Of a stretch of DNA of 64,000 nt, positions 19,599-28,946 are shown piece after piece; within the stretch, counting starts at the first letter, position 1; each line of letters starts with the position of its first letter. Source of the DNA: an uncultured bacterium. Lineage in GTDB: Bacteria; Muiribacteriota; UBA9980. Both the position numbers and the translations under genes were made by a program. Where the stretch lies: contig CAZKCG010000013.1 of NCBI GenBank assembly GCA_964551445.1, forward strand, positions 23,358 to 87,357, given 5' to 3'. The notes beneath the pieces are model-generated. The model was not told the origin of the DNA. It did no database searches and saw nothing but the letters and a program-made list of their open reading frames with translations.

Positions 19599-20416
19599 TA
19601 AAAAATACGGCGATATTTTTTCTGGCCCTGTTCATCGTTATTTTCCCATTTCAAAGGGAAGTTTTTGGCGCGTCTGATGAGGTTGAGACCATAAGGCCCG
19701 TTCACGGCGTCCCCGTCCCGCTTTATCCCGTCGGTGACGGCGGCGGGTCGGCCATTATCAATGCCGGGGCGGAAAGTGAATTCGCGGTCGAGAGCTATTT
19801 GCGCGACGGTTATATAGTGAAATTAAATAAAAAAAATTACTTTGCTAAAAGCGTTCATTTCGCGCCCGTCTATCTTTTAAACAGCGATCTGAAAGGAAAA
19901 GCTTCAGCGGCCGGATCGTTTTCAGGAGTGAAGCTTCCGGACGAAATAGAAAGATCCGAATTCTTCTTTACCAGCGCCGATAAAAAAAGTTTTTACTCGC
20001 TCGCGTTCCTGTTCTTTTTAAAGTACGGCGGCAAATACGATAAATACGACGAATCGCTGAAATTGTTCGACGACTTTATAATCGGGTCGGACGCTTCTTC
20101 CAAAAAAGCCGGTTTGCTTAAAGTTTTGAGTGATTATCTGCTTTCGGTCAAAATAGACTGCAGGGCTTTTCTTCAAAAAAATATCGATTATTGCTCTCTT
20201 CTGCAGTGCCTCAGGTTTAAAAGGCCCGTTATTTTCATTTCGACCGTCAGGCGCTCGGCCGGAGATATAATGATATTTTTCGATGCGCGAGAGGTATCGG
20301 CAGGAAACGTTATCTTCAAATATTATTCATATCCGGACGGCATATCGGAGGCTGGTATATATGAAATTATTTATATACTGGCTAATGCCGTTCGCGGCTA
20401 CCTTGTTTTACTGTAG
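19595..20416 (+). CDS. secreted hypothetical protein
   Basis: Signal-peptide-like N-terminus MIKNTAIFFLALFIVIFPFQREVFGA. ATGA overlap with the upstream stop. No recognisable family. Confidence 0.5.
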   Translation: MIKNTAIFFLALFIVIFPFQREVFGASDEVETIRPVHGVPVPLYPVGDGGGSAIINAGAESEFAVESYLRDGYIVKLNKKNYFAKSVHFAPVYLLNSDLKGKASAAGSFSGVKLPDEIERSEFFFTSADKKSFYSLAFLFFLKYGGKYDKYDESLKLFDDFIIGSDASSKKAGLLKVLSDYLLSVKIDCRAFLQKNIDYCSLLQCLRFKRPVIFISTVRRSAGDIMIFFDAREVSAGNVIFKYYSYPDGISEAGIYEIIYILANAVRGYLVLL

Positions 20417-20450
20417 TGAAATAATTAAAAATAAAAGGAGTTATCAGGAA

Positions 20451-21437
20451 ATGGAACATCAATACGACGTATTCGGTATAGGAAACCCGCTCATGGATAT
20501 AGTGGTCTCGATCGACGACGATTTTTTGATAAAAGAAAAACTGGTCAAAGGCATGTTCAATCTGGTCGATCATGACCGTTCCAAAGAAGTTCTGGGATTC
20601 ATATCGCATCTTAAAGCGGAGATAGAGGCCGGGGACTCGACGGCCAACTCCATGGCCGGAATAGCAAATCTCGGCGGGAAGCCGATTTATCAGGGCTGCG
20701 TCGGAAACGACGAATACGGAAAACTATACGAGGAAAAGACGGTTAAACAGGGAATAATCTCAAAGATAGTCAGGGTCGAAGGGCATACCGGCACGGCCAT
20801 AGCCCTTATAACTCCCGATTCAGAAAGGTCTTTCGCGACCCATCTCGGCGTGGCATGCTCTTTGAAAAAAGAGCATTTAAGCCTGGATGACATCAAAAAG
20901 AGCCGCTATCTGCACCTTACGGGTTATCAGCTCGAGGACCCGACGCTGCGCGAAATGGCCGTCGCGGCCATGAAGCACGCGAAGGATAACGGCGTCAGGA
21001 TCAGCGTCGACGTCGCGGATAAAGGCGTTATCGCGAGAAACCATGAGTTTATCCTGTCGCTTTTAAAGGATTTCGTTGACGTGTTCTATGCCAACGAGGA
21101 AGAAAGTTATGCGATGTTTGGCATGGAGCCCGAAAAGGCTATACATAAAATGTCGGAACTCGCGCCGACGGCGTGCCTCAAGGTAGGTAAAAACGGCTCT
21201 CTGATAATATCCGAAGGCAAGCTGCATAATATTCCAGGCTATCCGGCTAAGCCCGTCGATACTACAGGCGCGGGCGATATGTACGCGGCCGGGTTCCTTT
21301 ACGGTATAACCCACGGTTACGACATCTACACTTCCGGAAAGATAGCGTCTTTTTCGGCGGCAAGGATAGTGGAAGTTTTCGGCGCACGCCCGAAATTCTC
21401 GCTTTCCGCTATGATCAGGGAACATAAAATAATATAG
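20451..21437 (+). CDS. PfkB/ribokinase-family kinase, adenosine-kinase-like
   Basis: YDVFGIGNPLMDIV at the N-terminus and the PfkB signature VDTTGAGDMYAAGFLYG. ATG 20451 has the RBS aaaaggag at 20433-20440. The track's upstream extension from 20283 overlaps the previous gene. Confidence 0.8.
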   Translation: MEHQYDVFGIGNPLMDIVVSIDDDFLIKEKLVKGMFNLVDHDRSKEVLGFISHLKAEIEAGDSTANSMAGIANLGGKPIYQGCVGNDEYGKLYEEKTVKQGIISKIVRVEGHTGTAIALITPDSERSFATHLGVACSLKKEHLSLDDIKKSRYLHLTGYQLEDPTLREMAVAAMKHAKDNGVRISVDVADKGVIARNHEFILSLLKDFVDVFYANEEESYAMFGMEPEKAIHKMSELAPTACLKVGKNGSLIISEGKLHNIPGYPAKPVDTTGAGDMYAAGFLYGITHGYDIYTSGKIASFSAARIVEVFGARPKFSLSAMIREHKII

Positions 21438-21588
21438 GGCTCTTTCATTTTTCTGTGAAGCTATTATGCCGATAAAAGCGTATGGTGAATATCCAGGGAA
21501 CCGAAGGGTTTGCGATTAAATTTCAATCGTTAGAAGAGGCTGTTTGAATTATAAAAAGCCGGCCGGAACTATCAACTTATCAATAGGA

Positions 21589-22914
21589 ATGGAGAAAAAA
21601 ATGTCCATAAGATCAAAAATAAAATCAATGATATTGGCGGCGTCCGCGCTTACGCTCGTTTCAGCCTTCGCATTCGCGAACGCACAGGGCGTTACTGCTG
21701 AAACAACCATAAAACATCCGGATACGATGGAGAACGCCGTTACCGGTGAAATAAAGCTTCTGAAAGATCCGTCCGCGATAGCGGAAGCCGCCGCCGCGAC
21801 AGAGACGGCCGTTAAGGACGCCGATACAATGGCGGTTAACGTTTCGGCTCAGACGCCGGAGTCCGTAAATATAGCGACCGAGATCCGCGACGCGACCGTC
21901 CAGATCAAACAGCTGAAATTCCCTGTCACGAAAGTGTCGGGCAAGGTCAAATGGATGCAGCATGCTACTGAAATGGACGGCGTCAGCTTCAGATTATTGA
22001 ATTCCGACTTCAAAGCGAGCGGCATCATTGGAAAAGGCCCCGTACAAAACAGTTTCAAGGTCACTTCGGAATCCGTTAAATTCGAGGATCTCAAACAGAT
22101 ATTTCCGATACTCGCGCAGTTTAATATCGCCGGCGCGTTCAAGCTTGAATGCGCGGTCGAAGGCACCAAGGACGAGCCGCTTTTGAACGGCAAAATAGCG
22201 CTTCAATCGGCTGATTTCGGTTTCGGCGAAATGCTTCCTGAATTGAAAGGTATAGGCATATCCGATATTTCAGCGGCGTTCTCCTATTCGAAGGAACTTT
22301 ACAGGATAAGCGATTTCAGTTTTAAAACGATGGACGGAATGGTCAAGCTGTCGGGGTCTTTTAATCCGGCGGAAAAAAAAGACGCCGCGCTCGCGTTTTC
22401 GGTTGACGGTATAAGCGTCGAGAAGTTCTCTAAATTCTTCGATAAATATAAAGGCAAACTCTCGGGCGATATGTACGCAAATTTCAACATAAAAAATATA
22501 ATGACGCCTGAAAACGCTTATGCGGAAGGCACGCTGGACTTTAAAAACGGCGTTATCAAAGATCTCGAGCCGCTTAAAAAGCTCGGCGAAAAACTCAGGA
22601 CCTCCGGCATGGAAGAACTGAAATATCAGAAGATAGGCGGACAATTCAAACTTTTCATGAATAAAAAAGTTGAATTCAAAAATTTCGAGATATTGTCAAA
22701 TATCATCAAAATGAAGACCACCGGAACGATAGACGAGAACCGGAACGTCAGCGCGAAGCTTTTCGCTGAAATTTCCGGCGGCGGTGTCGGAGATAAGATG
22801 AAGGACAACAAGTGGGGAAAGATATTCAAAAAAATAGTGCAGGGCATTAAAGGCAACTTCATAGTTTCAGGCACCGCCGACAAGCCGAAGTTCGACCTCG
22901 ACCTCGGCCAGTAA
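21589..22914 (+). CDS. secreted AsmA-like protein
   Basis: Signal peptide SMILAASALTLVSAFAFANAQG. Repetitive beta-rich body and a C-terminal IVSGTADKPKFDLDLG resembling AsmA-family C-termini. The family call is tentative. Confidence 0.5.
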   Translation: MEKKMSIRSKIKSMILAASALTLVSAFAFANAQGVTAETTIKHPDTMENAVTGEIKLLKDPSAIAEAAAATETAVKDADTMAVNVSAQTPESVNIATEIRDATVQIKQLKFPVTKVSGKVKWMQHATEMDGVSFRLLNSDFKASGIIGKGPVQNSFKVTSESVKFEDLKQIFPILAQFNIAGAFKLECAVEGTKDEPLLNGKIALQSADFGFGEMLPELKGIGISDISAAFSYSKELYRISDFSFKTMDGMVKLSGSFNPAEKKDAALAFSVDGISVEKFSKFFDKYKGKLSGDMYANFNIKNIMTPENAYAEGTLDFKNGVIKDLEPLKKLGEKLRTSGMEELKYQKIGGQFKLFMNKKVEFKNFEILSNIIKMKTTGTIDENRNVSAKLFAEISGGGVGDKMKDNKWGKIFKKIVQGIKGNFIVSGTADKPKFDLDLGQ

Positions 22915-22938
22915 TTTAAAAAGGCCCGGTGATATGAA

Positions 22939-23802
22939 TTGGAAAAAATGAAAATAGAGAACGTATCGGTCGCGCTCGCGCACCCCGATGAATTAAATCT
23001 TAAATGGGTCGGACAGACCGATCTTTTATACCAGCTTCTGGCTTGCTGGTACGTCGCCGATGAGAGCGACCACCCACTTAATCCGAGGCTTCTTGGAAAG
23101 CCGGGCGTCGGAAAGACGACGCTTGCTTATACGGCCGCGTCCATGCTCGGGCGGCCCGTTTATTTATTCCAGTCGACGATGGACACAAGGCCGGAGGATC
23201 TTATCATAACCCCGGTCATAGGAGAGAACAACAGCATTCAATACGTCGCTTCGCCGCTTGTAACCGCGATGCTCAAGGGTGGCATATGCATAATAGACGA
23301 AGGCAACCGCATGAGCGAAAAATCGTGGGCCTCTCTCGCCCCGCTTTTAGATACCAGGCGTTATGTCGAATCGATAGTCGCCGGAGTAAAGATAAACGCT
23401 CACCCGGATTTCAGGATATGCGTGACGATGAACGAGGATTCGTCAACCTTTGAACTTCCCGAATATATCCATTCAAGACTTCAGCCGCAGATCTATATAG
23501 ATTTTCCGGAGCGCGACGAGGAACTTCTGATCCTGCGCCATAACCTTTCGCACGCGCCGGACGAGGTGTTGAATTACATCGCGGATTTCCTTCAGAGCGC
23601 CCACAAGGCGGACGAGCGATACAGCGTCCGCGACGGGATAAATATCGGGAGATACGCCCTTAAAACGCTTAACTCCGGTTATGAGCTGGGTTTTATAAAA
23701 AATTCGGCGAAAAGCGGGCGCGGCGTCAGCGAAAACCTCGCGGCTCTGCGTAACGCCGTAAAAATGGTTCTCGGCGACGAGGGAATCAACTATGCCCTCT
23801 GA
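22939..23802 (+). CDS. MoxR/AAA_5-type AAA+ ATPase
   Basis: Walker A LLGKPGVGKTTLA, Walker B GGICIIDEGNRM, sensor-1 ICVTMNED. The start is TTG 22939 or ATG 22948. Confidence 0.8.
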   Translation: MEKMKIENVSVALAHPDELNLKWVGQTDLLYQLLACWYVADESDHPLNPRLLGKPGVGKTTLAYTAASMLGRPVYLFQSTMDTRPEDLIITPVIGENNSIQYVASPLVTAMLKGGICIIDEGNRMSEKSWASLAPLLDTRRYVESIVAGVKINAHPDFRICVTMNEDSSTFELPEYIHSRLQPQIYIDFPERDEELLILRHNLSHAPDEVLNYIADFLQSAHKADERYSVRDGINIGRYALKTLNSGYELGFIKNSAKSGRGVSENLAALRNAVKMVLGDEGINYAL

Positions 23803-25891
23803 TGAAAAAAAGAAATATATAAACTTTGACGAATATATAAATTCTAAAATATTCGTTAAAGATAATATATATTTCGCTCCGGCGCTTCACGGCAAGCTCG
23901 AATTCGGAATATCCATAGATATTCTCGTGAAAGCGATCGGGCCGGACTGTCTGGCGGTGGAGCTTCCCCATCAGGCCAAAGCGCCTTTTATCGACGCCGT
24001 GAACCGTTTTCCATATATATCTGCGCTCTGCGTCGAGTCGGCGGGTCCTCTTCAATATCAGATAGTCGAGCCGCAGGACCCGACGGCGGCGGCCGTAAGA
24101 AGATTCGGGACGGACCGGGCCGCTCACATCCACTTCATCGATCATTTCTGTGAAAATTACATGGAACATCCGGATGCGTTCCCGGACGCCTATTCGCTTC
24201 GGGTGGTCGGATATGAAAGGTACTGCCGCGAATTTTACGAATCGCGAAAAGATATGCCGTTAAGCGATCGCGAACCCGATGACATCGCGCGCGAACAATA
24301 CATGGCCGCTTCTATTCAGTCGCTTTCCAAACGCTATAAAAAAATACTTTTCGTCTGCGGCTTATATCATTACCCGGCGATATTTAAAATGCTTGATTAT
24401 AATAACGCGGTCCCCTTCGTGAAAAATATCATAAAAAAGGCATATATAGCCAATCTTTCCGCGGCTTCGCACCAGAGCGTTTTAAGCGAGCACGCCTTCC
24501 TGATAAAACATTTCGAGCTGCTTAACGGGACTTTGCTTCCTGAAAAGAAGGACGGCCCCGCCGAATTCGTGCGTGAAAAAAGCGCCGCGGCCGGGAACGT
24601 TATCAGCTTTCCGGGAAGCTTCGCAGGCGGCGCAACGCCTGACGGGGCTTGCGATGCTGGAGGCCGCGGGGCCGGAAGCGCGCCGTCATCGGCCGCCGAA
24701 GAACTGGAACTTGAAAAAAAGTTATGCGACATCGATAACGATTACCGCGTTGAAAGCCCGGACGATATCGACCGTGAATTTTTGAATCTGAAACTTATGA
24801 AGATCGCCGCCGCGAGATATAAAAAGAACGCGGGCTGCGAGATATCCCGGCCGGCGTTCTCTATCATGTTCAAATTCCTTAGAAATTATATCAGATTCAA
24901 GGGAATGCTTGCGCCCGGCCTGTTCGAGCTTGTTACCGGCGCCCGCGCCGTCGCCGACGATAATTACGCGTTCGAGGTTTTTGACGAAGCCGTGAAATAT
25001 CCATGGATAGAGGAGAACGGCCGGTACGCCTCCATCGAGATAACCCTTTCCGATCTTAAGATAAACGGAAAAACCATAACCTTTCACAGGCGCCTCAAAT
25101 CGATGCGCCAGATATTTTCGCCGTTCGTCAAAATGCGCAAAAAAGAGGGGAAGAAAGGCGAATGGCTTCGCGAGTGGAATGATAATCAGGATTCGGTCTG
25201 TTCGCATCAGCCCGAGGACCTTCTGATAGAAAATTTCGGGAATTTTTTAAGGAAAAAGGCTAAATCGGTTCTGACCGACGAACAATGCAGGGTGGAGCCC
25301 TTCATGACATCTCTCATGGACGGCATCGATACGCGCGAGACCATCAGAAATTACCATATCGATAAAAAACTTTACGTTAAGATAGGCAGGCACGTTTCGG
25401 GCAAGGTCGGATCCGTCGTTTTCATTTTTGACGAAGATCCGCCCGCGCCGGGAGCTTCTGAAAAATATCCGTACCGCATGACCTGGCTCGGCGAGCACCA
25501 TCAGGAATCGGATATGGCTTTTTATTCCACCGTTCCGGGCGAAAAAATAGTAGGCCCCGGAATATCGCGTTGTGAATACGGCGGATTCATGCTTTCTTAT
25601 CCGCCGCTCCGCCTCTATGACGTGTGGAACGACGAATATTTTTTCGCCGCTAAAAACAAGCCTGAAACGCTGCTAATGGCGGCCATAGATTACTCAGAGG
25701 AAAAATATATAGCCTATTGCGCCAAAACCCCTCCGCGCTCATTTTTTAAAACGCTGGCCGCGAGGGTCGGTAAAAAGATCGTTTACGTTCCCATGGGACA
25801 GTTCTCGCCGCAGACCATAAAAAAACTTCAGATACTTCACATACTCGCCGGAAAAGGCACCCGCAAAATAGCCGGGGACTACGTCTGGTAA
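23792..25891 (+). CDS. large MoxR-associated hypothetical protein with a TraB/ChaN-like N-terminus, possibly DUF5682/YehM-like
   Basis: Overlaps the ATPase stop by 11 nt, which suggests translational coupling. The N-terminal IYFAPALHGKLEFGISIDILVKAIGPDCLAVELPHQ resembles the TraB/ChaN-type motif. An internal Ala/Gly-rich low-complexity insert lies at ~24590-24700. The family is recalled from memory, not searched. Confidence 0.45.
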   Translation: MPSDEKKKYINFDEYINSKIFVKDNIYFAPALHGKLEFGISIDILVKAIGPDCLAVELPHQAKAPFIDAVNRFPYISALCVESAGPLQYQIVEPQDPTAAAVRRFGTDRAAHIHFIDHFCENYMEHPDAFPDAYSLRVVGYERYCREFYESRKDMPLSDREPDDIAREQYMAASIQSLSKRYKKILFVCGLYHYPAIFKMLDYNNAVPFVKNIIKKAYIANLSAASHQSVLSEHAFLIKHFELLNGTLLPEKKDGPAEFVREKSAAAGNVISFPGSFAGGATPDGACDAGGRGAGSAPSSAAEELELEKKLCDIDNDYRVESPDDIDREFLNLKLMKIAAARYKKNAGCEISRPAFSIMFKFLRNYIRFKGMLAPGLFELVTGARAVADDNYAFEVFDEAVKYPWIEENGRYASIEITLSDLKINGKTITFHRRLKSMRQIFSPFVKMRKKEGKKGEWLREWNDNQDSVCSHQPEDLLIENFGNFLRKKAKSVLTDEQCRVEPFMTSLMDGIDTRETIRNYHIDKKLYVKIGRHVSGKVGSVVFIFDEDPPAPGASEKYPYRMTWLGEHHQESDMAFYSTVPGEKIVGPGISRCEYGGFMLSYPPLRLYDVWNDEYFFAAKNKPETLLMAAIDYSEEKYIAYCAKTPPRSFFKTLAARVGKKIVYVPMGQFSPQTIKKLQILHILAGKGTRKIAGDYVW

Positions 25892-25907
25892 CAAAGGGAG
25901 TGAGTTC

Positions 25908-28265
25908 ATGAGAAAAACACCCGTTATCCTCGCGACCGCGATACTAACAGCCGTTTCAGCTATGTTTTTGGTTTTCGTGAATTTATACGCCTGCGTGGGC
26001 ACGGGCGAACCGTGGCATGAATTCGCGGTTAACGGTTCTGGAACTCCTACCTACCTCGAGGCCGGATATTTCAAGGTTTTCGGTGAAACGGAAGGCCTTT
26101 TGGGAAACGGCGCGACCTGCCTGGCTTACAGCAAAAAAAACAAACTGCTGTACATAGGTACCCGTGAAAACTGGGTTTTCACTTATGACGGCAGGGATAT
26201 CAGGCCGCTGCTTGTTTCCGCGCAGTCTGTTTCGCCTAACGTTATGTCCATTTGTTATGATGAAACCCGCAACATGCTCGCGGTAGGTACGAACGCCGGG
26301 CTCGTTATAGCGGTTTCGCCGAAGCACGGTAAAACCGTCGACGCAGTTGTCATAACCGCGAAGGAAGGCGCGATAAGCGATACGATATGCGCTCTCGCGG
26401 CCGACGGCGAAAGTTTTTACGCCGGATGCGACCGGGGCGTTTTCAGGGTGGCCGGAAACGGCGTGCGTGAAAAGGCGACGCGTATATCGGCCGAAGCCGA
26501 GATGGGCCGCGTGAATTCACTATATGCAGACGAGTCTAAAAACATATATGTTGGGACCGATACGCAGATATTGAGAACTTCCGATATGAAGACTTTTAAT
26601 AATGAAAAGGCCGTTTCGTCGGAAAGCCTTAAAATGATAAACCGCATAGGCCGCCTTAAAATAAAAGCCGGCTCGGAAAAAAATGAAAGTATCGATTTGC
26701 CTCCCGATATGGCTTTCGCCTCTCTTACCGGTCTTAATATAATAGGCGGTGCCGGCGGAGTTAAAAACATTTCGGCGAAGAACGGCATTGCTGAGGATTG
26801 GGTGACGAGCTTTGCTTATGATAATCTTAACGATCAGAAGAATGTCAAGTCTTCCGTTGACGAGCGCCTGGCCGGCGGCGACGAAATGCCCGCCGCGGAG
26901 AGGGAAGAACTCATCAGGCGCCTTTTGGCTCTGAGGCTGGATTATACTGAGATAACAAGGAACGGCACCGAGATCAACATAAGGACTCAGGACCCCGGGC
27001 GTCTTTTAGCGGAACCGGCTTTTGCGGTGCTCAACGACAGGCTCCAATTGTTCGATTTTAATATTCCGAGGCCTTCTAAACCTGTGCCGGGGCTTGAATC
27101 CATAAAAAAAGGCCTCTGGATCGGCACTAAAAACTCCGGATTATCCGTTTTCAACGGCAGCGAATTCGTATGCTTTAACAAGGAAAATTCCCCGCTCATG
27201 TCGAATATGATAACCGATATACTCACGACGCCGAATTTCGTGTATGCCGCTACGGAGGGCGGCGGCCTTTTAAGGTATGGAAAATACGACGAGCCGAATA
27301 TTGTTTCTTCAGATCATGAAAAAATACTGGATATTGCGCCTAACTTTATTAAAAACATCGGTAACGAGTTATTTATTGGCACATCGAAAGGTCTTTTTAA
27401 ATATACCGTGAACGGAGGGACCGAAGAAGTTTTACACGGATCGGCGGAGGTAATCAATACAAGCGGCGCCTGCGTTGACGGCAACGGCAATATTGTTTTT
27501 GCCAGCGCCACTCATGGAGCCGTAATCACCGGAACCGTTGCCATGCCTTCGGGCGGAACCGGTTTCGGCGTTATAAAGAGCCTGGGTCCGGCGGACGGCT
27601 TGAGGTCGTCTCGATGTACGGCCGTTTATAATATTGAAAACAAAGGTGTTCTGGTCGGTTTTGGCGACATGGCGGCGCGCGTTTCGGAAAAATGCGCTTT
27701 GATCACGCCGGATTATAAGGTGCAATTATTTCCGCCGCCTCCAGGGACTAAAATAGAGGACTTTGATTCTACTTCAAGTTCCCGCTCTGCGATATCAGCT
27801 TTTGCGCCGGTCGGCGAAGGCTTTTTTATCGGAAGCCTCGACGGCGATTCGAACGCGCTTTCGTTTTGCTCAGGGCCCCAATGGCTTTACTCGAAGAATA
27901 GCGCCGGCGCTGCCATGGGCCGGATAAGCTCCATGAACAAGGTTTCAAATAACGAGATATGTTTCGCCGGCGATTTTGGCGTTATCCGCTTTAACGGCGC
28001 CTCCTGGGAAAAAATATCGAATGCGGGAGCGGCAACGATAGGCGACAGTGTATGCGCGATGCGCGACACCGTTTCGGAAGGGCTCTGGATCCTTCAAAGA
28101 ACTTCCGGTAAAAAAAGCGCTCCCGATAAATGCGTGCTGGTGTTTTCCGGAGGTTCCACGGTGATCACGAAACTCGTCGACGGCGCGGGGATCGGCTTTG
28201 CCCAGCTGGATCCTTTTGTTTTCGCGGGCACTACAAAAGGCGTATTCAAGATAAAAAAGAAATAG
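25908..28265 (+). CDS. membrane-anchored or secreted beta-propeller protein with two-component-regulator-propeller-like repeats
   Basis: N-terminal hydrophobic helix PVILATAILTAVSAMFLVFVNLYA. Recurring blocks of the type LLYIGTRENWVF, FYAGCDRGVFRV, IYVGTDTQILRT, LWIGTKNSGLSVF, VYAATEGGGLLRY, LFIGTSKGLFKY. Confidence 0.6.
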   Translation: MRKTPVILATAILTAVSAMFLVFVNLYACVGTGEPWHEFAVNGSGTPTYLEAGYFKVFGETEGLLGNGATCLAYSKKNKLLYIGTRENWVFTYDGRDIRPLLVSAQSVSPNVMSICYDETRNMLAVGTNAGLVIAVSPKHGKTVDAVVITAKEGAISDTICALAADGESFYAGCDRGVFRVAGNGVREKATRISAEAEMGRVNSLYADESKNIYVGTDTQILRTSDMKTFNNEKAVSSESLKMINRIGRLKIKAGSEKNESIDLPPDMAFASLTGLNIIGGAGGVKNISAKNGIAEDWVTSFAYDNLNDQKNVKSSVDERLAGGDEMPAAEREELIRRLLALRLDYTEITRNGTEINIRTQDPGRLLAEPAFAVLNDRLQLFDFNIPRPSKPVPGLESIKKGLWIGTKNSGLSVFNGSEFVCFNKENSPLMSNMITDILTTPNFVYAATEGGGLLRYGKYDEPNIVSSDHEKILDIAPNFIKNIGNELFIGTSKGLFKYTVNGGTEEVLHGSAEVINTSGACVDGNGNIVFASATHGAVITGTVAMPSGGTGFGVIKSLGPADGLRSSRCTAVYNIENKGVLVGFGDMAARVSEKCALITPDYKVQLFPPPPGTKIEDFDSTSSSRSAISAFAPVGEGFFIGSLDGDSNALSFCSGPQWLYSKNSAGAAMGRISSMNKVSNNEICFAGDFGVIRFNGASWEKISNAGAATIGDSVCAMRDTVSEGLWILQRTSGKKSAPDKCVLVFSGGSTVITKLVDGAGIGFAQLDPFVFAGTTKGVFKIKKK

Positions 28266-28289
28266 ATAAAAAGATCAAGGAGAGAGAAA

Positions 28290-28912
28290 TGAGACCATTT
28301 ATTTTAGGCATCGCCGGCGGTTCCGGCTCGGGAAAAACTACGGTCGCGAAAAAAATACTGGCGGAATTAAATTCCGATTCAGTGATATTGATCGATCACG
28401 ATTCATATTATCGCGATCAGTCGGCACTGCCCATGGAAAAACGGCCGCTCGTCAATTACGACCATCCGGACGCTCTTGATAACGACCTGCTTATTGAGCA
28501 TTTAAGGTTATTGCGCGAGGAGAAACCCGTAAATAAGCCGATATATAATTTCGTTACCTATACGAGGTCCGCTGAAACGAACCTGATAGATCCTAAAGAT
28601 ATAATCGTTCTTGAAGGATTTCTGATTTTTACCGATCCGCGCGTCCGCGAGATGTGCGATATCCGGATATTCATTGAGACCGAGCCGGACGTGCGAATAA
28701 TAAGGCGCATAGAACGCGATCTGAAGGAACGCGGCCGTTCGCTCGAATCGATAATTTCGCAGTATTTTTCAACGGTAAAACCCATGCATCATCAGTTCGT
28801 CGAGCCTTCAAAGCGCTATGCCGACGTCATTATTCCTTACGGCGGCCATAACCAGATCGCCGTCGACATGGTCGTGACGCAGATCCGCGCGAAACTTGCC
28901 GAGCGCGAATGA
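28290..28912 (+). CDS. udk: uridine kinase
   Basis: MRPFILGIAGGSGSGKTTVAKKI...NYDHPDALD...FVEPSKRYADVIIP. RBS aaggagagag precedes ATG 28290. The track ORF from 28130 is an upstream extension. Confidence 0.9.
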
Positions 28913-28913
28913 G

Positions 28914-28946
28914 CCGCCGCGGAGAAACTGAAACGGCGGATTTTAT
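28914..28946 (+). terminator. hairpin between the convergent udk and hybrid kinase genes
   Basis: ccgccg (28914-28919) pairs with cggcgg (28934-28939) across a 14-nt loop, followed by atttta. Weak. Confidence 0.3.

Noticed and set aside
24590-24700. A locally GC-rich stretch (Ala/Gly-rich) with overlapping ORFs on both strands (24397-24732 minus, 24573-24785 plus). I considered a frameshift or an inserted element.
   Set aside because: The 699-aa frame reads through without interruption. The flanking sequence remains in frame and coherent. The stretch is best explained as a low-complexity linker.
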